Made by a program: the position numbers and the translations under genes. A stretch of 64,000 nt of DNA from contig CAWBWI010000003.1 of NCBI GenBank assembly GCA_963792585.1, positions 800,001-864,000 of the forward strand. Direction: 5' to 3'. Shown here piece by piece: positions 40,022 through 49,699 of the stretch (positions within the stretch are counted from its first letter, which is position 1; each line of letters opens with the position of its first letter). The stretch comes from Candidatus Eiseniibacteriota bacterium (lineage in GTDB: Bacteria; Eisenbacteria; RBG-16-71-46; CAIMUX01; VGJL01). The notes beneath the pieces were generated by a model that saw only the letters and a program-made list of their open reading frames with translations, did not search any database and was not told where the DNA came from.

Positions 40022-41440
40022 CTACTGATCCCCGCGACTGCGAATGATCTTGCCGTTCTGGACCACGAGAAAGGTCGACTCCAGCCGCGCGATATCGGCC
40101 AGTGGATCTCCATGGACTACCAGCAGGTCGGCCTGATGGCCGGGGGCGATGGAGCCCAATCGGTCGTCTACGCCGAGCCATTGGGCCGGGTAGATGGTGG
40201 CTCCCTTGATGATCTCTGCCTCGGAAACTCCCGCCTCCTTCATGAAGCGCATCTCGGCGAACGTCGCCGCGGGGTCGTCGCCGTCCTGGCCGACCAGCAT
40301 CGGCACCCCATAGTCCGCGAATTGGCGCACGAAGTGCCGGCTGACCGCGGCCATGCCGCCCACCAATGTCCGGATCATCTCCAGTGCGGGGGCAGGTAGC
40401 GAGTCCACGCCCATCTGTCTCCTCGACTCCTCGATGGCTTGCTCTTCCGCATTCACGAGGACGAACAGGGTCGGGCACAGGAAGGCGTGTTTCTCCTTCA
40501 TCGTCTCCGCCAGATGGCGCAGACGATCCTCCGAGATCGACTCCACGCCCAGGCCGGCCGCTTTCATGAGCACCCCCATGCCGGCCATCTCCCCGTGGCC
40601 GGGGCCGAGCAGCGCGTCATGCTCATGCCGGAGCTCATCCGTCAGGACGACCGGCCAAGGGGACTTCGCGTGCTCGATGCTGGTGACTCCGAGGTCGAGG
40701 GCCAGATCCATGGGTATGCTGTGGAACAGGGGTCCACCCGGATCGTGGGTGATGCGCAGGGAGAGCCGTTGCGCCGTCTCCACCATGTGGCGGTAAACAG
40801 CCGGATCCTGGTGGAAGAAAGTCTTGATCATGCACGCGCCCTGCCGCGACAGAGCCTGCAGGATCGAGTCCACATCGGCTGTCGAATCCACCGCCACCGT
40901 GAATCCAGGAAGATCCTCGTTGAATCGATCCCAGGTCAACGGACTGTGTTCGAGCATGGGGCCGGCGTAGAAGATCTCCGGGCCCAGGATCTCCCCCGAG
41001 GCTGTGCGTTCCTCGAGGCGGTGGAGCACGTCAATCGGACCGCCGACGTCGCGGACGTGGGTGACTCCACGGGCGACGAATCCCGCCAGGGTGGTCCGGA
41101 GGGTGTCGCCGCCCTTGTTCGTCAAGTGCGCCAGGTGGACGTGGCAATCGAACAGGCCGGGCACGGCGTACGTTCCCTCGCATTCGATCGTCTCCGTGTT
41201 CGGGTCCGGGCTGAGGTCGTCGCCGATTGAGGCGATGCGGCCGTTGGCGATCAGGATGTCCTGGGACGCATGCATCTCGCCTGAGGAGACGTCGAACACG
41301 CGGACATTCTTCAGCAGGATCGGGCGCTCGGGCGAGAAGGCCGCTCCGGGATTCTTGCCCGGGTCGTCTCGGGCCGCGACCGAACCCCCACCCAACGACA
41401 CCAACGCCAGCAGGATCGAATAGACACCGAGCTTCCTCAT
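40022..41440 (-). CDS. Secreted amidohydrolase-family protein
   Basis: Signal peptide; PGLFDCHVH, GVTHVRDVGG, SIEHA, LGSIAPGHQADLLVVHGDPL. Confidence 0.87.
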   Translation of the reverse strand: MRKLGVYSILLALVSLGGGSVAARDDPGKNPGAAFSPERPILLKNVRVFDVSSGEMHASQDILIANGRIASIGDDLSPDPNTETIECEGTYAVPGLFDCHVHLAHLTNKGGDTLRTTLAGFVARGVTHVRDVGGPIDVLHRLEERTASGEILGPEIFYAGPMLEHSPLTWDRFNEDLPGFTVAVDSTADVDSILQALSRQGACMIKTFFHQDPAVYRHMVETAQRLSLRITHDPGGPLFHSIPMDLALDLGVTSIEHAKSPWPVVLTDELRHEHDALLGPGHGEMAGMGVLMKAAGLGVESISEDRLRHLAETMKEKHAFLCPTLFVLVNAEEQAIEESRRQMGVDSLPAPALEMIRTLVGGMAAVSRHFVRQFADYGVPMLVGQDGDDPAATFAEMRFMKEAGVSEAEIIKGATIYPAQWLGVDDRLGSIAPGHQADLLVVHGDPLADIARLESTFLVVQNGKIIRSRGDQ

Positions 41441-41627
41441 GACCCCTCCCATGCCCCGCGACAATCCTAGAGGAGCGCGGACGACCCGGTCCATAGGAGG
41501 AAGCGGTTCGGAGCACCCTGGTCTCTCGGGAAATTCGGTGCTAGAATGGTCCGCGACGATTGGATGCCAACGACAAACCGGGGGGGGCACGGACGCCATG
41601 TCCCCACCTCCTCAGGTGGGAGACCAC

Positions 41628-43169
41628 GTGAAAATCGATTGTGAACCGCAGCCGCTGTGCGCGATCCGTCTCTTGGCCAGGCTATTCCTGCTCGCGCTCC
41701 TGCTCACACCATGGTCGGACATTGCCCGCGCTGGGGACGGTCCATTCGGGGAGACGCTGCGATCCCTTCCGCCTCCCGTGACGGATCCACACTCCACGGA
41801 GATCTGTCTCAATTCGAGGATCTCCTACCACGGCGGGTGGAACACGGCGGGCACCGAGCAGATGATGGCGGACGTGCTGTACGCGACGGCCCGCGCGCCC
41901 ATGACCGCCGGGCAGAGGCAGATCTATGTGGCCACCCCGCAGAATGTCTACCTGTACGACGCGGAGACCCACTCGTTGATTCTCCACAAGAGCGGTGACT
42001 CGCGGTCCGATGCCACCGCGGCATTCGAGATCGGCGTTGCGGCTTCGAGCAATCTGGATGCCGGGTTGGCGATGCACCTCTCGCAGCTCGAATCCATTGC
42101 GATCTGGACGGGGACGGTCGCGCAGCTCGCCAGCTGTCCTCGGGCAAGCGCAACCACCTATGCGAACAGCCACTGGGAGCCCACCGATCCGATCGACATC
42201 GTCGTCAGCTTCGGCGTCCGCAACGTGGCCGGGCTCACGACCACGCTGGTCGCCAACTCATCCGACGGATCCCTCCCGAATCCGTCGACGGACGGTCCGG
42301 TCTTCCTGGACGACGCCCTCGCGGACTTGGCGTACGACTCGACATTCGCCGGGGAGGATCTGACCCTTGCCCAGGACTCCCAGATCCTGTGGGCGTCCTA
42401 CGGCTGCAGCAACCACTTCGCATCCGGGAAGGCGGGACTGGTCTGCTCGTCGGCGGTGGCCAACTACTATCTCACCCGCCGCATCTATGCGATCACCGCG
42501 ACCGGTGTCTATCGATACCACGTACGCCGGCCGCCCGGGACGGACGCCGCAACGCGCGATCACCGGCTCGAGTTGGTGAGGGAGGGCGATGCAAGACCGG
42601 CGCTTTCATCGGTGATCCCGAGGCTCCCCGCGGCACCTGTTTACCTCGTTGTCTGTGTCGGCAGCACGGGGGCCTGGCCCGAACTCGAGGTCGGGTTTGC
42701 GGCCATGGGCGCGGTGCTCGAGGCATCGACGATGGATCTCCAGGGATACGTAACCGCCGGGTTCTCGGCCGCCGAGCAGGCAGGGATCCAGACGACGACG
42801 GACATCCCCACGACCGATCTCCCCATGGCGCTGGTGTCCCTCGGGCATCCCGGGCCGACCACGGGCGTTGGAGACGCGACGGAAACAGGAGTGGGATTGG
42901 ACCTCAGAGTCGGGGACCAGCCTGCAACCGGCGGACGCGCCCGAATCCACTATGTGCTTCCGGGCGGCGCATCGGTCGCGATGGCGATCTATGCCGCAGA
43001 CGGTCATTGCGTGAGGAACCTGGTTGCCGCCGCGCAGAGCAGGGGACCACATGCCGCAGACTGGGACTACCGCGATAATGACGGGCGTCCCGTTCCCTCG
43101 GGCGTCTACTTTTGTCGCCTGATGGTTGGACCCATGATAGAGACGGCGCAAGTGATCGTGGTCCGCTGA
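41628..43169 (+). CDS. Secreted protein with tandem nitroreductase (SagB-like) domains and FlgD-Ig tail
   Basis: Signal-like N-terminus; IYVATPQNVYLYD and LTLAQDSQILWASYG..SSAVANY..IYAITATGVYRY segments; tail WDYRDNDG...SGVYFCRL. Start uncertain. Confidence 0.68.
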   Translation: MKIDCEPQPLCAIRLLARLFLLALLLTPWSDIARAGDGPFGETLRSLPPPVTDPHSTEICLNSRISYHGGWNTAGTEQMMADVLYATARAPMTAGQRQIYVATPQNVYLYDAETHSLILHKSGDSRSDATAAFEIGVAASSNLDAGLAMHLSQLESIAIWTGTVAQLASCPRASATTYANSHWEPTDPIDIVVSFGVRNVAGLTTTLVANSSDGSLPNPSTDGPVFLDDALADLAYDSTFAGEDLTLAQDSQILWASYGCSNHFASGKAGLVCSSAVANYYLTRRIYAITATGVYRYHVRRPPGTDAATRDHRLELVREGDARPALSSVIPRLPAAPVYLVVCVGSTGAWPELEVGFAAMGAVLEASTMDLQGYVTAGFSAAEQAGIQTTTDIPTTDLPMALVSLGHPGPTTGVGDATETGVGLDLRVGDQPATGGRARIHYVLPGGASVAMAIYAADGHCVRNLVAAAQSRGPHAADWDYRDNDGRPVPSGVYFCRLMVGPMIETAQVIVVR

Positions 43170-43210
43170 GTTGCGACGAGCCTGAGCCAACTCCATGACG
43201 CACCGATGCG

Positions 43211-43254
43211 AAGAGGCCGGAAGGACCCCGTCGGGCGGGTCCTCCCGGCCTCTT
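43211..43254. terminator. Long hairpin between convergent genes
   Basis: AAGAGGCCGG-A-AGGACCC...GGGTCCT-C-CCGGCCTCTT. Confidence 0.55.
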
Positions 43255-43307
43255 GGCGATGTGTCTGGATGCGGGCGCGCTGCGGCAATCAAGTCCTGGA
43301 GTGGACG

Positions 43308-44105
43308 CTATCGATAGAGCATCTTGATCCTGCCCCAGCTCGCATCCTCGGTCGGCGTCTGATCGTCCGGTCCGCACAGGGGCGGTTCGCCTTGCAACAT
43401 CGTGACCTGACCGTCGGGGGTGACCTGAGCCCACCAGCCCGGGGCGAGGATGTTGAGCTGCTGGTTCGCCATCGTCTCGATGTAGACGGGAATCGGCGAC
43501 TCTCTGTGATTGTAGAAGACGGCCACTTGGATGTCGTCGTCGAGAAGCTGCAGGCAACCGCTGAAGACGGTCTCGGCACCCTCGGGGGTCGGGTCCATCG
43601 CCGCGACGGCGGCGAATCCCACGTTCAACCCGCAGTGGCCGTTGCCATAGCACTCGCTCGCCTCGTAGATGGTCGCATCGGATCCCGACACCCCCGGTCC
43701 TACCAGCAGATCGAAGAAGCCTGCCTGCAGCAGGTTCGTCATGGCGCCCCTGCCCGCGGGGAGGTCGGTACCGACGTGGTACTCCTTGATCTTGGAGAGA
43801 CCGGTCTCGACCCTTCCCTTGTTGCCGCAACCACCGATCCTCTCCCAGGTGAGCCAAGCGAAGTTCCCCGGCAGTCGGACCTTGTGGCAGGTGGAGAGAA
43901 CATCCCCGGTCTCGGCGTCCTCCCAGCCATTGCCGCGATCGACCTGGGCGCCGCCGTCTCCGGTGACGCGGACGTCGACAGCCTGCGCGATTCCTGCGGT
44001 GAGCGAGAGACCCGCGAGCCCGAAGAACAGAGCGATGACCGAAACAACGCCGGCCTGCCTGATCACGATCCCCTTCAGCGCCTTGTGATTCCTCGTGGTG
44101 AACAT
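43308..44105 (-). CDS. Secreted hypothetical protein (weak FecR-like N-terminus) with C-terminal SWGRIKMLYR tail
   Basis: AAGGAG RBS before ATG 44105; signal peptide ending AQA; ends TPTEDASWGRIKMLYR. Confidence 0.72.
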   Translation of the reverse strand: MFTTRNHKALKGIVIRQAGVVSVIALFFGLAGLSLTAGIAQAVDVRVTGDGGAQVDRGNGWEDAETGDVLSTCHKVRLPGNFAWLTWERIGGCGNKGRVETGLSKIKEYHVGTDLPAGRGAMTNLLQAGFFDLLVGPGVSGSDATIYEASECYGNGHCGLNVGFAAVAAMDPTPEGAETVFSGCLQLLDDDIQVAVFYNHRESPIPVYIETMANQQLNILAPGWWAQVTPDGQVTMLQGEPPLCGPDDQTPTEDASWGRIKMLYR

Positions 44106-44183
44106 GGCGAACTCCTTTCCCCTCGGTTTACATGTCGTGCCCTCGGCCGTCCCCCGACGGCTTCGGTTCCCGGTGCATGTCAA

Positions 44184-44200
44184 TGCAAGGGGAATGCCAA
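44184..44200 (-). promoter_or_regulatory. Sigma54 (-24/-12) promoter for the 44105 gene
   Basis: Minus strand reads TTGGCATTCCCCTTGCA, exact GG-N10-GC spacing, ~80 nt upstream of the ATG. Confidence 0.75.
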
Positions 44201-44215
44201 TCCGGTTCATCGTCG

Positions 44216-44240
44216 TAACGTGTTGTTATATAGTACTTTA
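44216..44240 (-). promoter_or_regulatory. Putative IHF-binding site
   Basis: Minus strand TAACAA-CACG-TTA (one mismatch to WATCAA-N4-TTR) preceded by an AT-rich tract, just upstream of the sigma54 site. Confidence 0.5.
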
Positions 44241-44445
44241 GACGACTGCCGTGATCGGGGATGAGATCGCGTGAAAGATCTGGACCACATCAACCTTGAC
44301 GACCCAGCTGAACTCGTTCGGACCAAAGAAGATAGGAGTTCGTCAAGCGTGACGAGGGGTTTGAGCCCGCCGAGGGGCGCACACGAAAGCGCCCCGCTCC
44401 GGGGCGAGCCGGAAGCGGGGCACTCGTCGGCGGCAAGGCCGCTCG

Positions 44446-45432
44446 TTAACGAAAGAGGCTTCGGACTCCGCCCCAGGTCGATCGCCGAACGGCAGTTCCC
44501 GGGCAGTTCAATTGCCCGAGGGTGCATGGAAGCAGGTAGAGGGTCGACTCGCCGCCGCTGGTCAGGTACTCGAACCCGTCCGCGGGCCCGGCTCCGTCCG
44601 GGCAGCGGGCGAGGCACATATCGTCTTCGGGCGGCCGCGAGCCCAAGAACCCGATCTGATCCACGCGCACGCCATCGGCATCGAACAGGTAGAGGAGCTG
44701 CGTCACCTCGATCTGCATGGGGACATTCAACAGTAGAACGCCGCCGCCCGGCACGATCCCCGCGAGAAAGACGGCCGTCGTGCCATCGGTGAGGAACCAC
44801 CCCGCGATGTCGATGTTCGTCGCCAGCGTTGAAGGGTTGTAAAGCTCGACGAGATCCGGTCCGGGCAGCGGTTTCAGCTCGTTGATCCGGATCGTCGATC
44901 CCAGGGAAGGAACTGGTGCATCGTTGGCCGCGCCGAGCGTCGCCGTCAGATCCAGAGTCCAGTTCCCCGCGTCCGAGTAGCCCGGCTCATTGTAGAAGGG
45001 CGGATCCAGCCCACCGTCGGGCGCCCGGCACAGGGACACGGTCGCCCCGGGATGCGGGAGCGGCGCCCCCCCGGCTTGTCCGTATCCAACCCGGTCGTAG
45101 GATTCATCACTGCTGGAGTCCACGAGCGAAGTCTCCCCGCCGAGGTTGTCGAGGTACCCGCCGCCGGTGAGGTCGATGACCCTGTACTCCCCGGGCGAGA
45201 GGATCCCCTGTCCGCTGATGATGAAGTCGGTGGTCCCGCGCACGAGCACCGAATCGAGGTCGATCGAACCGGGCCCGGGATTGTACACCTCCACCTTCTC
45301 GACAGGATCATCGACGACGACCTCGTTCAGATAGAGCGGCCCCTGGATCGTCGCCCCCCCAACCTGCGGGAGAAACCCAAGACAGGTCGCGACCCCGGTC
45401 AGGAACAGGATGCGTCGTGCCATCGACTTCAT
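44446..45432 (-). CDS. Secreted protein with two lamin-tail-like domains and C-terminal STWGGVRSLFR tail
   Basis: Signal peptide; LYLNEV..VEVYNPG and IRINEL..VELYNPS..IAGWFLTD; ATG overlaps the TGA of the upstream activator. Confidence 0.78.
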   Translation of the reverse strand: MKSMARRILFLTGVATCLGFLPQVGGATIQGPLYLNEVVVDDPVEKVEVYNPGPGSIDLDSVLVRGTTDFIISGQGILSPGEYRVIDLTGGGYLDNLGGETSLVDSSSDESYDRVGYGQAGGAPLPHPGATVSLCRAPDGGLDPPFYNEPGYSDAGNWTLDLTATLGAANDAPVPSLGSTIRINELKPLPGPDLVELYNPSTLATNIDIAGWFLTDGTTAVFLAGIVPGGGVLLLNVPMQIEVTQLLYLFDADGVRVDQIGFLGSRPPEDDMCLARCPDGAGPADGFEYLTSGGESTLYLLPCTLGQLNCPGTAVRRSTWGGVRSLFR

Positions 45433-48400
45433 TTGTGTTCTCCTCCCCTTGATTGGCGGCCCTCGAATTCCTCCACCGGCTTCCGGATGCCGAGACTGCG
45501 CATCCGGTTGCGGACCATCGTCTCCGTCACGCCCAACCTCCGCGCCGTCGCGGACTGGTTCCAGTTCTCTTCGGCGAGGGCCCAGCGATAGAGTCGAGCC
45601 TCCACCGCGAGCAGCCGATCCGCCACCGTCTCTCCCGGATGCAGCCCACTTCCCACCGGATCGACCGAATCGCCGGGTCGCGTCCTTGGGTCCGCCGTCG
45701 ATCGCGGAAGCGACGCGGGCAGGTGCTGGCAATCAAGGGTGTCGTCGTCCGCCATCGCGACCATGTGGGCGACGGTGTTCTTCAACTCCCGGACGTTTCC
45801 CGGCCATGAGTGCGCGGCCAATCTCTCGAGGGCCTGGCCGGTGATGGCGATCTTGCGATTCGAGTGCGATCCGATCTCGGACAGAAACGAGTGGACGAGA
45901 AGGGGGATGTCCCCGCGACGTTCGCGCAACGGAGGGATCGCAATCTGGACCACGTTCAGCCGGAAGTAGAGGTCCGGGCGAAAGGCCCCCTGCTCCATCG
46001 CGGCGTCGAGACCACGGCTCGTCGCCGCCAGAACGCGTACGTCCACGCGAATCGCCTGCCTGCCGCCGACGCGCTGGAACTCTCGCTCCTGCAAGAAGCG
46101 AAGAAGCTTGCTCTGGACGGCGAGGTCCATGTCCGCGACCTCGTCGAGGAACAAGATCCCCCGGTCCGCCAACTCCACCTTCCCGGGCCTTGCCGTCGCC
46201 GCGCCGGTGTAGGCGCCCTTCTCGTGGCCGAACAGTTCGGCCTCGATCAGTTCCCGTGGAATCGAAGGGCAATTGATCGCGGCGAACGGGCCGCGCGATC
46301 GGGCGCTCCGCGCGTGGATCGCTCTCGCGACCAGCTCCTTTCCCGTCCCGCTCTCGCCCAGGATCAACACGCTCACATCACTCTTCGCGACGCGATCGAT
46401 CATCATGTACAGGGACTGCATGATCGGCGAGATTCCGACCAGCCCCTCCCAATCCCTATCGCCGGCGGTGGTGAGGGCTTCCTCTCGCGCCGAGAGACCC
46501 CCGATTCGGGTCGCGCCGAGATGCAGCGCGAGCAACCTGAAGACGGAAAGCCCGGTGACGCTCGGCTGTCCCGAGGCGACAAGGGCGCAGGATCCCATCG
46601 TCCCCGGTATCTCCTCGCGAACCGAGGGAGTCTCCAGGTCTTCCTTCTGGCGCTCCGGATCTCTGTCCGATGAAACCCAAAGCACACGTTCGCGCTCCAG
46701 CGGCACGGCGGTCGTCCCTTTCCCGGGCCGTCCCACCGGCCCTGCGACGAGTCCGACGCATTCCACGCCCGTGGCGACGCGGAGGCGCGCGAGGCAGGGG
46801 CCGATTTCCGTGATGGAATCCACACCACGCAGAAACTCGAGGATTCCTATCACCGCGTCGAGTACCGGCGCCTCCATCTCCTCGGTTCGGGGTGCGAGTT
46901 CAGGAGAGCCTGCCGCCGGGATCAGATCCACGGGGATTCCCGACTCGCGGAGGCACGCTGCTATTTCCTCTGCGCGCGCGCGTGTACGGCCCGCATCCGG
47001 CAGGCCGAGGAGCGCCTCGCTGCGCGCAAGCAGCGCCAGCGCCGGAGCCTCCTCGCGTCGGTTTCCGACCTGGGCGAGCTCGCGTACGGCCCGGGACAGC
47101 CTCTCGACGGCCGTCTCCTGCGCGCCGACCAACCACGCGAGCACTCCCTGGTCGCGATGCACACGGGGCAATTCGGCGCCGTACATTCTACCCTTCAGAC
47201 ACCGTTCAGCGCGGGCGAGGAGCTCGCGAGCCTCCTTGGTTTCGCCCCGCACCGCCCGCTCGGAGGAGAGGATCCGAAGCGCGGATGCGATGAGGCGCGG
47301 ATCGCCCGTCCCTTCTCCCGCCGTGAGAGCCGCCTCCGCATGTTCCGCCGCACGTGTCGCATCGGATGCCGCCAGCGCGATCTCCGCCGCGAGGTGGTGC
47401 CCCTCGGCCAGGGACTCCGCCGAGCCGGACATCTTCGCGAGCCTTAGCACCTCCTCCACGATCCCGCATGCCTCTTCGATGCGTCCCAGGAGCTGAAGCG
47501 CACGTGCTTGATTGTACAAAGGCTTCGCGAGCGCCGCTTCGACCCCGGCCGTCCGGCGAAGCTCGATGGCCTTCTCGGCCCGTCGCATCCCCTCCTGCGC
47601 TTCGCCGCGCTCGATGGCGACACCGCTCAAGTTGTTCCAGCTGTTCGCCTGTCCCGAAAGATCCTGCAGTTCCTCCCGGATCTTCAGGGCCTGGCGGTGG
47701 TGCTCCTCGGCCTGCTCCATGCGCCCCTGATCAGCGCAGATGAGCCCGAGGTTGCTGTGTGCCGCCGCGACGCCCGTCTGGTGTCCGACGGCGAGGAACC
47801 CGGAGAGGGCTTCTCCCAGGAGCGATTCCGCCTCCTCCAGCTGGCCCTGGCTATAGTGGACCGTCGCAAGGTTGTTGGCGGTGGCGGCCGTGGCGCGGCG
47901 GTCAGGTAGGGATCTGCGGATCTCGTAGGCCCGGCGGAGCGCGGCGAACGCCTCCTCGGGCATCGAGAGTCGATGGTGGACCTTGCCGATGGCGTCGAAT
48001 GCGGCGGCCATCCGGACCTGATTACCCATGGCCTGGTGGATCGCGAAGCAGTCGGAGAAGAAACGGAGGGCCTCCTTCAGCTCCCCTCGGTCTAAATGCA
48101 CCCGACCCATCGACTCCAGGGTTTCCGCGCGGATGCGGCCGTCCGTATCGGCTGCCGTGAGCGCCAGCGAGCGGCAAAGCCCCTGGAGCGCCTGGTCGGA
48201 ATGTCCCAGTCGGAGGTCGCAGATCGCGATGTCGTTCAGACTGCGCGCCTGTCCGATCGCGTCTCCCGCCTCCGCTCGGAGCGCGAGTGCTCGTTCGAAG
48301 CTCGATCGGGCGTCGCGATAGTCGCCCTGCAGCACGGCGACGGAACCAAGACATCCATGGGCAACGGCGGTCTGTCCCGGCAGGTGGAGCCGGTCGGAGA

Positions 48401-48551
48401 GATCCAGACAATGGCGGAAGCAATCGCCGGCCTCGGGCAGCGATCCCCGGTCGCGGAGATCGAGTCCTCGCTGGAGCACGATACGGAGGGCCTCGTGCCA
48501 GGGCCCCTCGCCTGCGTCAGCAGGCGCGCGCCTCGGTTGAATCTGGTCCAT
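45429..48551 (-). CDS. Sigma54-dependent enhancer-binding protein with long N-terminal TPR array and Fis-type HTH
   Basis: Many TPRs; GESGTGKELVA, ELFGHEKGAYTGA, FLDEV, FRPDLYFRLNV, WPGNVREL; NQSATARRLG. Confidence 0.92.
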   Translation of the reverse strand: MDQIQPRRAPADAGEGPWHEALRIVLQRGLDLRDRGSLPEAGDCFRHCLDLSDRLHLPGQTAVAHGCLGSVAVLQGDYRDARSSFERALALRAEAGDAIGQARSLNDIAICDLRLGHSDQALQGLCRSLALTAADTDGRIRAETLESMGRVHLDRGELKEALRFFSDCFAIHQAMGNQVRMAAAFDAIGKVHHRLSMPEEAFAALRRAYEIRRSLPDRRATAATANNLATVHYSQGQLEEAESLLGEALSGFLAVGHQTGVAAAHSNLGLICADQGRMEQAEEHHRQALKIREELQDLSGQANSWNNLSGVAIERGEAQEGMRRAEKAIELRRTAGVEAALAKPLYNQARALQLLGRIEEACGIVEEVLRLAKMSGSAESLAEGHHLAAEIALAASDATRAAEHAEAALTAGEGTGDPRLIASALRILSSERAVRGETKEARELLARAERCLKGRMYGAELPRVHRDQGVLAWLVGAQETAVERLSRAVRELAQVGNRREEAPALALLARSEALLGLPDAGRTRARAEEIAACLRESGIPVDLIPAAGSPELAPRTEEMEAPVLDAVIGILEFLRGVDSITEIGPCLARLRVATGVECVGLVAGPVGRPGKGTTAVPLERERVLWVSSDRDPERQKEDLETPSVREEIPGTMGSCALVASGQPSVTGLSVFRLLALHLGATRIGGLSAREEALTTAGDRDWEGLVGISPIMQSLYMMIDRVAKSDVSVLILGESGTGKELVARAIHARSARSRGPFAAINCPSIPRELIEAELFGHEKGAYTGAATARPGKVELADRGILFLDEVADMDLAVQSKLLRFLQEREFQRVGGRQAIRVDVRVLAATSRGLDAAMEQGAFRPDLYFRLNVVQIAIPPLRERRGDIPLLVHSFLSEIGSHSNRKIAITGQALERLAAHSWPGNVRELKNTVAHMVAMADDDTLDCQHLPASLPRSTADPRTRPGDSVDPVGSGLHPGETVADRLLAVEARLYRWALAEENWNQSATARRLGVTETMVRNRMRSLGIRKPVEEFEGRQSRGGEHK

Positions 48552-48828
48552 CGCCTCCGAACCTGAAGTTCGTGGAAAACAGAGGATTGTAGCACGGTAG
48601 GGGGGGATCCTTCCGCAAACTCCGTCCGCCTTGCGTGGTTTGCGGTTAGCCTGGGCCCCGCGACCGGCTCGCCGTCATGCGGCTCGCAAAGCCCCGCCTG
48701 TGAACACCGACCTCGGGAGTGCCTCTGCGCCGAAGTGGCGCGTATCGAGTCCAAGTCCGTGGCGAGCATCATGGCGCACGACTTCGTGCTAACCAGCGTG
48801 ACCGATGCGCGAAGTTCTAACCGCACTC

Positions 48829-49638
48829 CTAGACGACCGACTTCAAGAACGCGCGCACGATCGTGTTGAAGGCGTCCGGCTGATCCAGGTTGGAAAGGTG
48901 CGCCGCGCCGGGGATCGACACGAGCCGCGCCCCGCGGATCGCCCCGCACATCGCCTCCGCTTCCGTCGGAGGGATCAGGGTGTCCTCGGCGCCGGTGATG
49001 ACCAGCGCCGGCGTGGTGATCTCCATGAGCGTGGGCGTCGAATCGGGACGATCGCGCATTGCTTCCAGCGCGGCGACCACGCCGGCGACCGATTGCCGCG
49101 CCATCATCACGCGCGCTGCGTTCGCGACGTCCGGTCGCTCGGCTGCGGTCTTCGGAGTCAGCATCTTGGGCAACATCTTGTCGCCGACCGCGCCTGTGCC
49201 TTCTGCGCGCGCGAGCGCGATGGAATCGTTCCGCCCCTTCTTCCCTTCCGGCGAATCGGGACCGGCCTTCGTATCGGCGAGGATCAGCCCGCGCACGAGC
49301 GCCGCATGCCTTCGATAGAACGCGAACGCGATGTAGCCGCCCATCGACAGCCCGCCGACGACCGTGCTCTTGACGCCGAGCACGTCGAGCAGGCCGCGGA
49401 GGTCATCGGCGTAGGCGTCGACCGTGACGGGGCCGGCAGGCATGCCGGATTCGCCAAAGCCCCGCAAGTCCGGCGCGATCACGCGCGTGATATCCGATAG
49501 CCCGTGCACCTGCGTCGCCCACAAGGTCCGGTCGAGCGGAAAGCCATGGATCAGCAACAGCGCCGGCGCGCTGGGCGAAGCCGGATCGCCACCGATGTCG
49601 TCGTACGCGATTTCGAAGCCGCGAACTGAGGTCTTCAT
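48829..49638 (-). CDS. Alpha/beta hydrolase
   Basis: HGFP, PDLRGFGES, GLSMGG nucleophile elbow, GAEDTL, AAHLSN. Confidence 0.9.
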   Translation of the reverse strand: MKTSVRGFEIAYDDIGGDPASPSAPALLLIHGFPLDRTLWATQVHGLSDITRVIAPDLRGFGESGMPAGPVTVDAYADDLRGLLDVLGVKSTVVGGLSMGGYIAFAFYRRHAALVRGLILADTKAGPDSPEGKKGRNDSIALARAEGTGAVGDKMLPKMLTPKTAAERPDVANAARVMMARQSVAGVVAALEAMRDRPDSTPTLMEITTPALVITGAEDTLIPPTEAEAMCGAIRGARLVSIPGAAHLSNLDQPDAFNTIVRAFLKSVV

Positions 49639-49699
49639 CGAATCCTCCTCGGCCGGATGAACTGCTACAGGATCTCCCGCGGCGCCTTCGTCGGGGCGT

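Noticed and set aside
48641..48825. MITE bounded by TGCGGTTAG/CTAACCGCA inverted repeats
   Set aside because: Only 9 bp, no target-site duplication and no second copy in the window.
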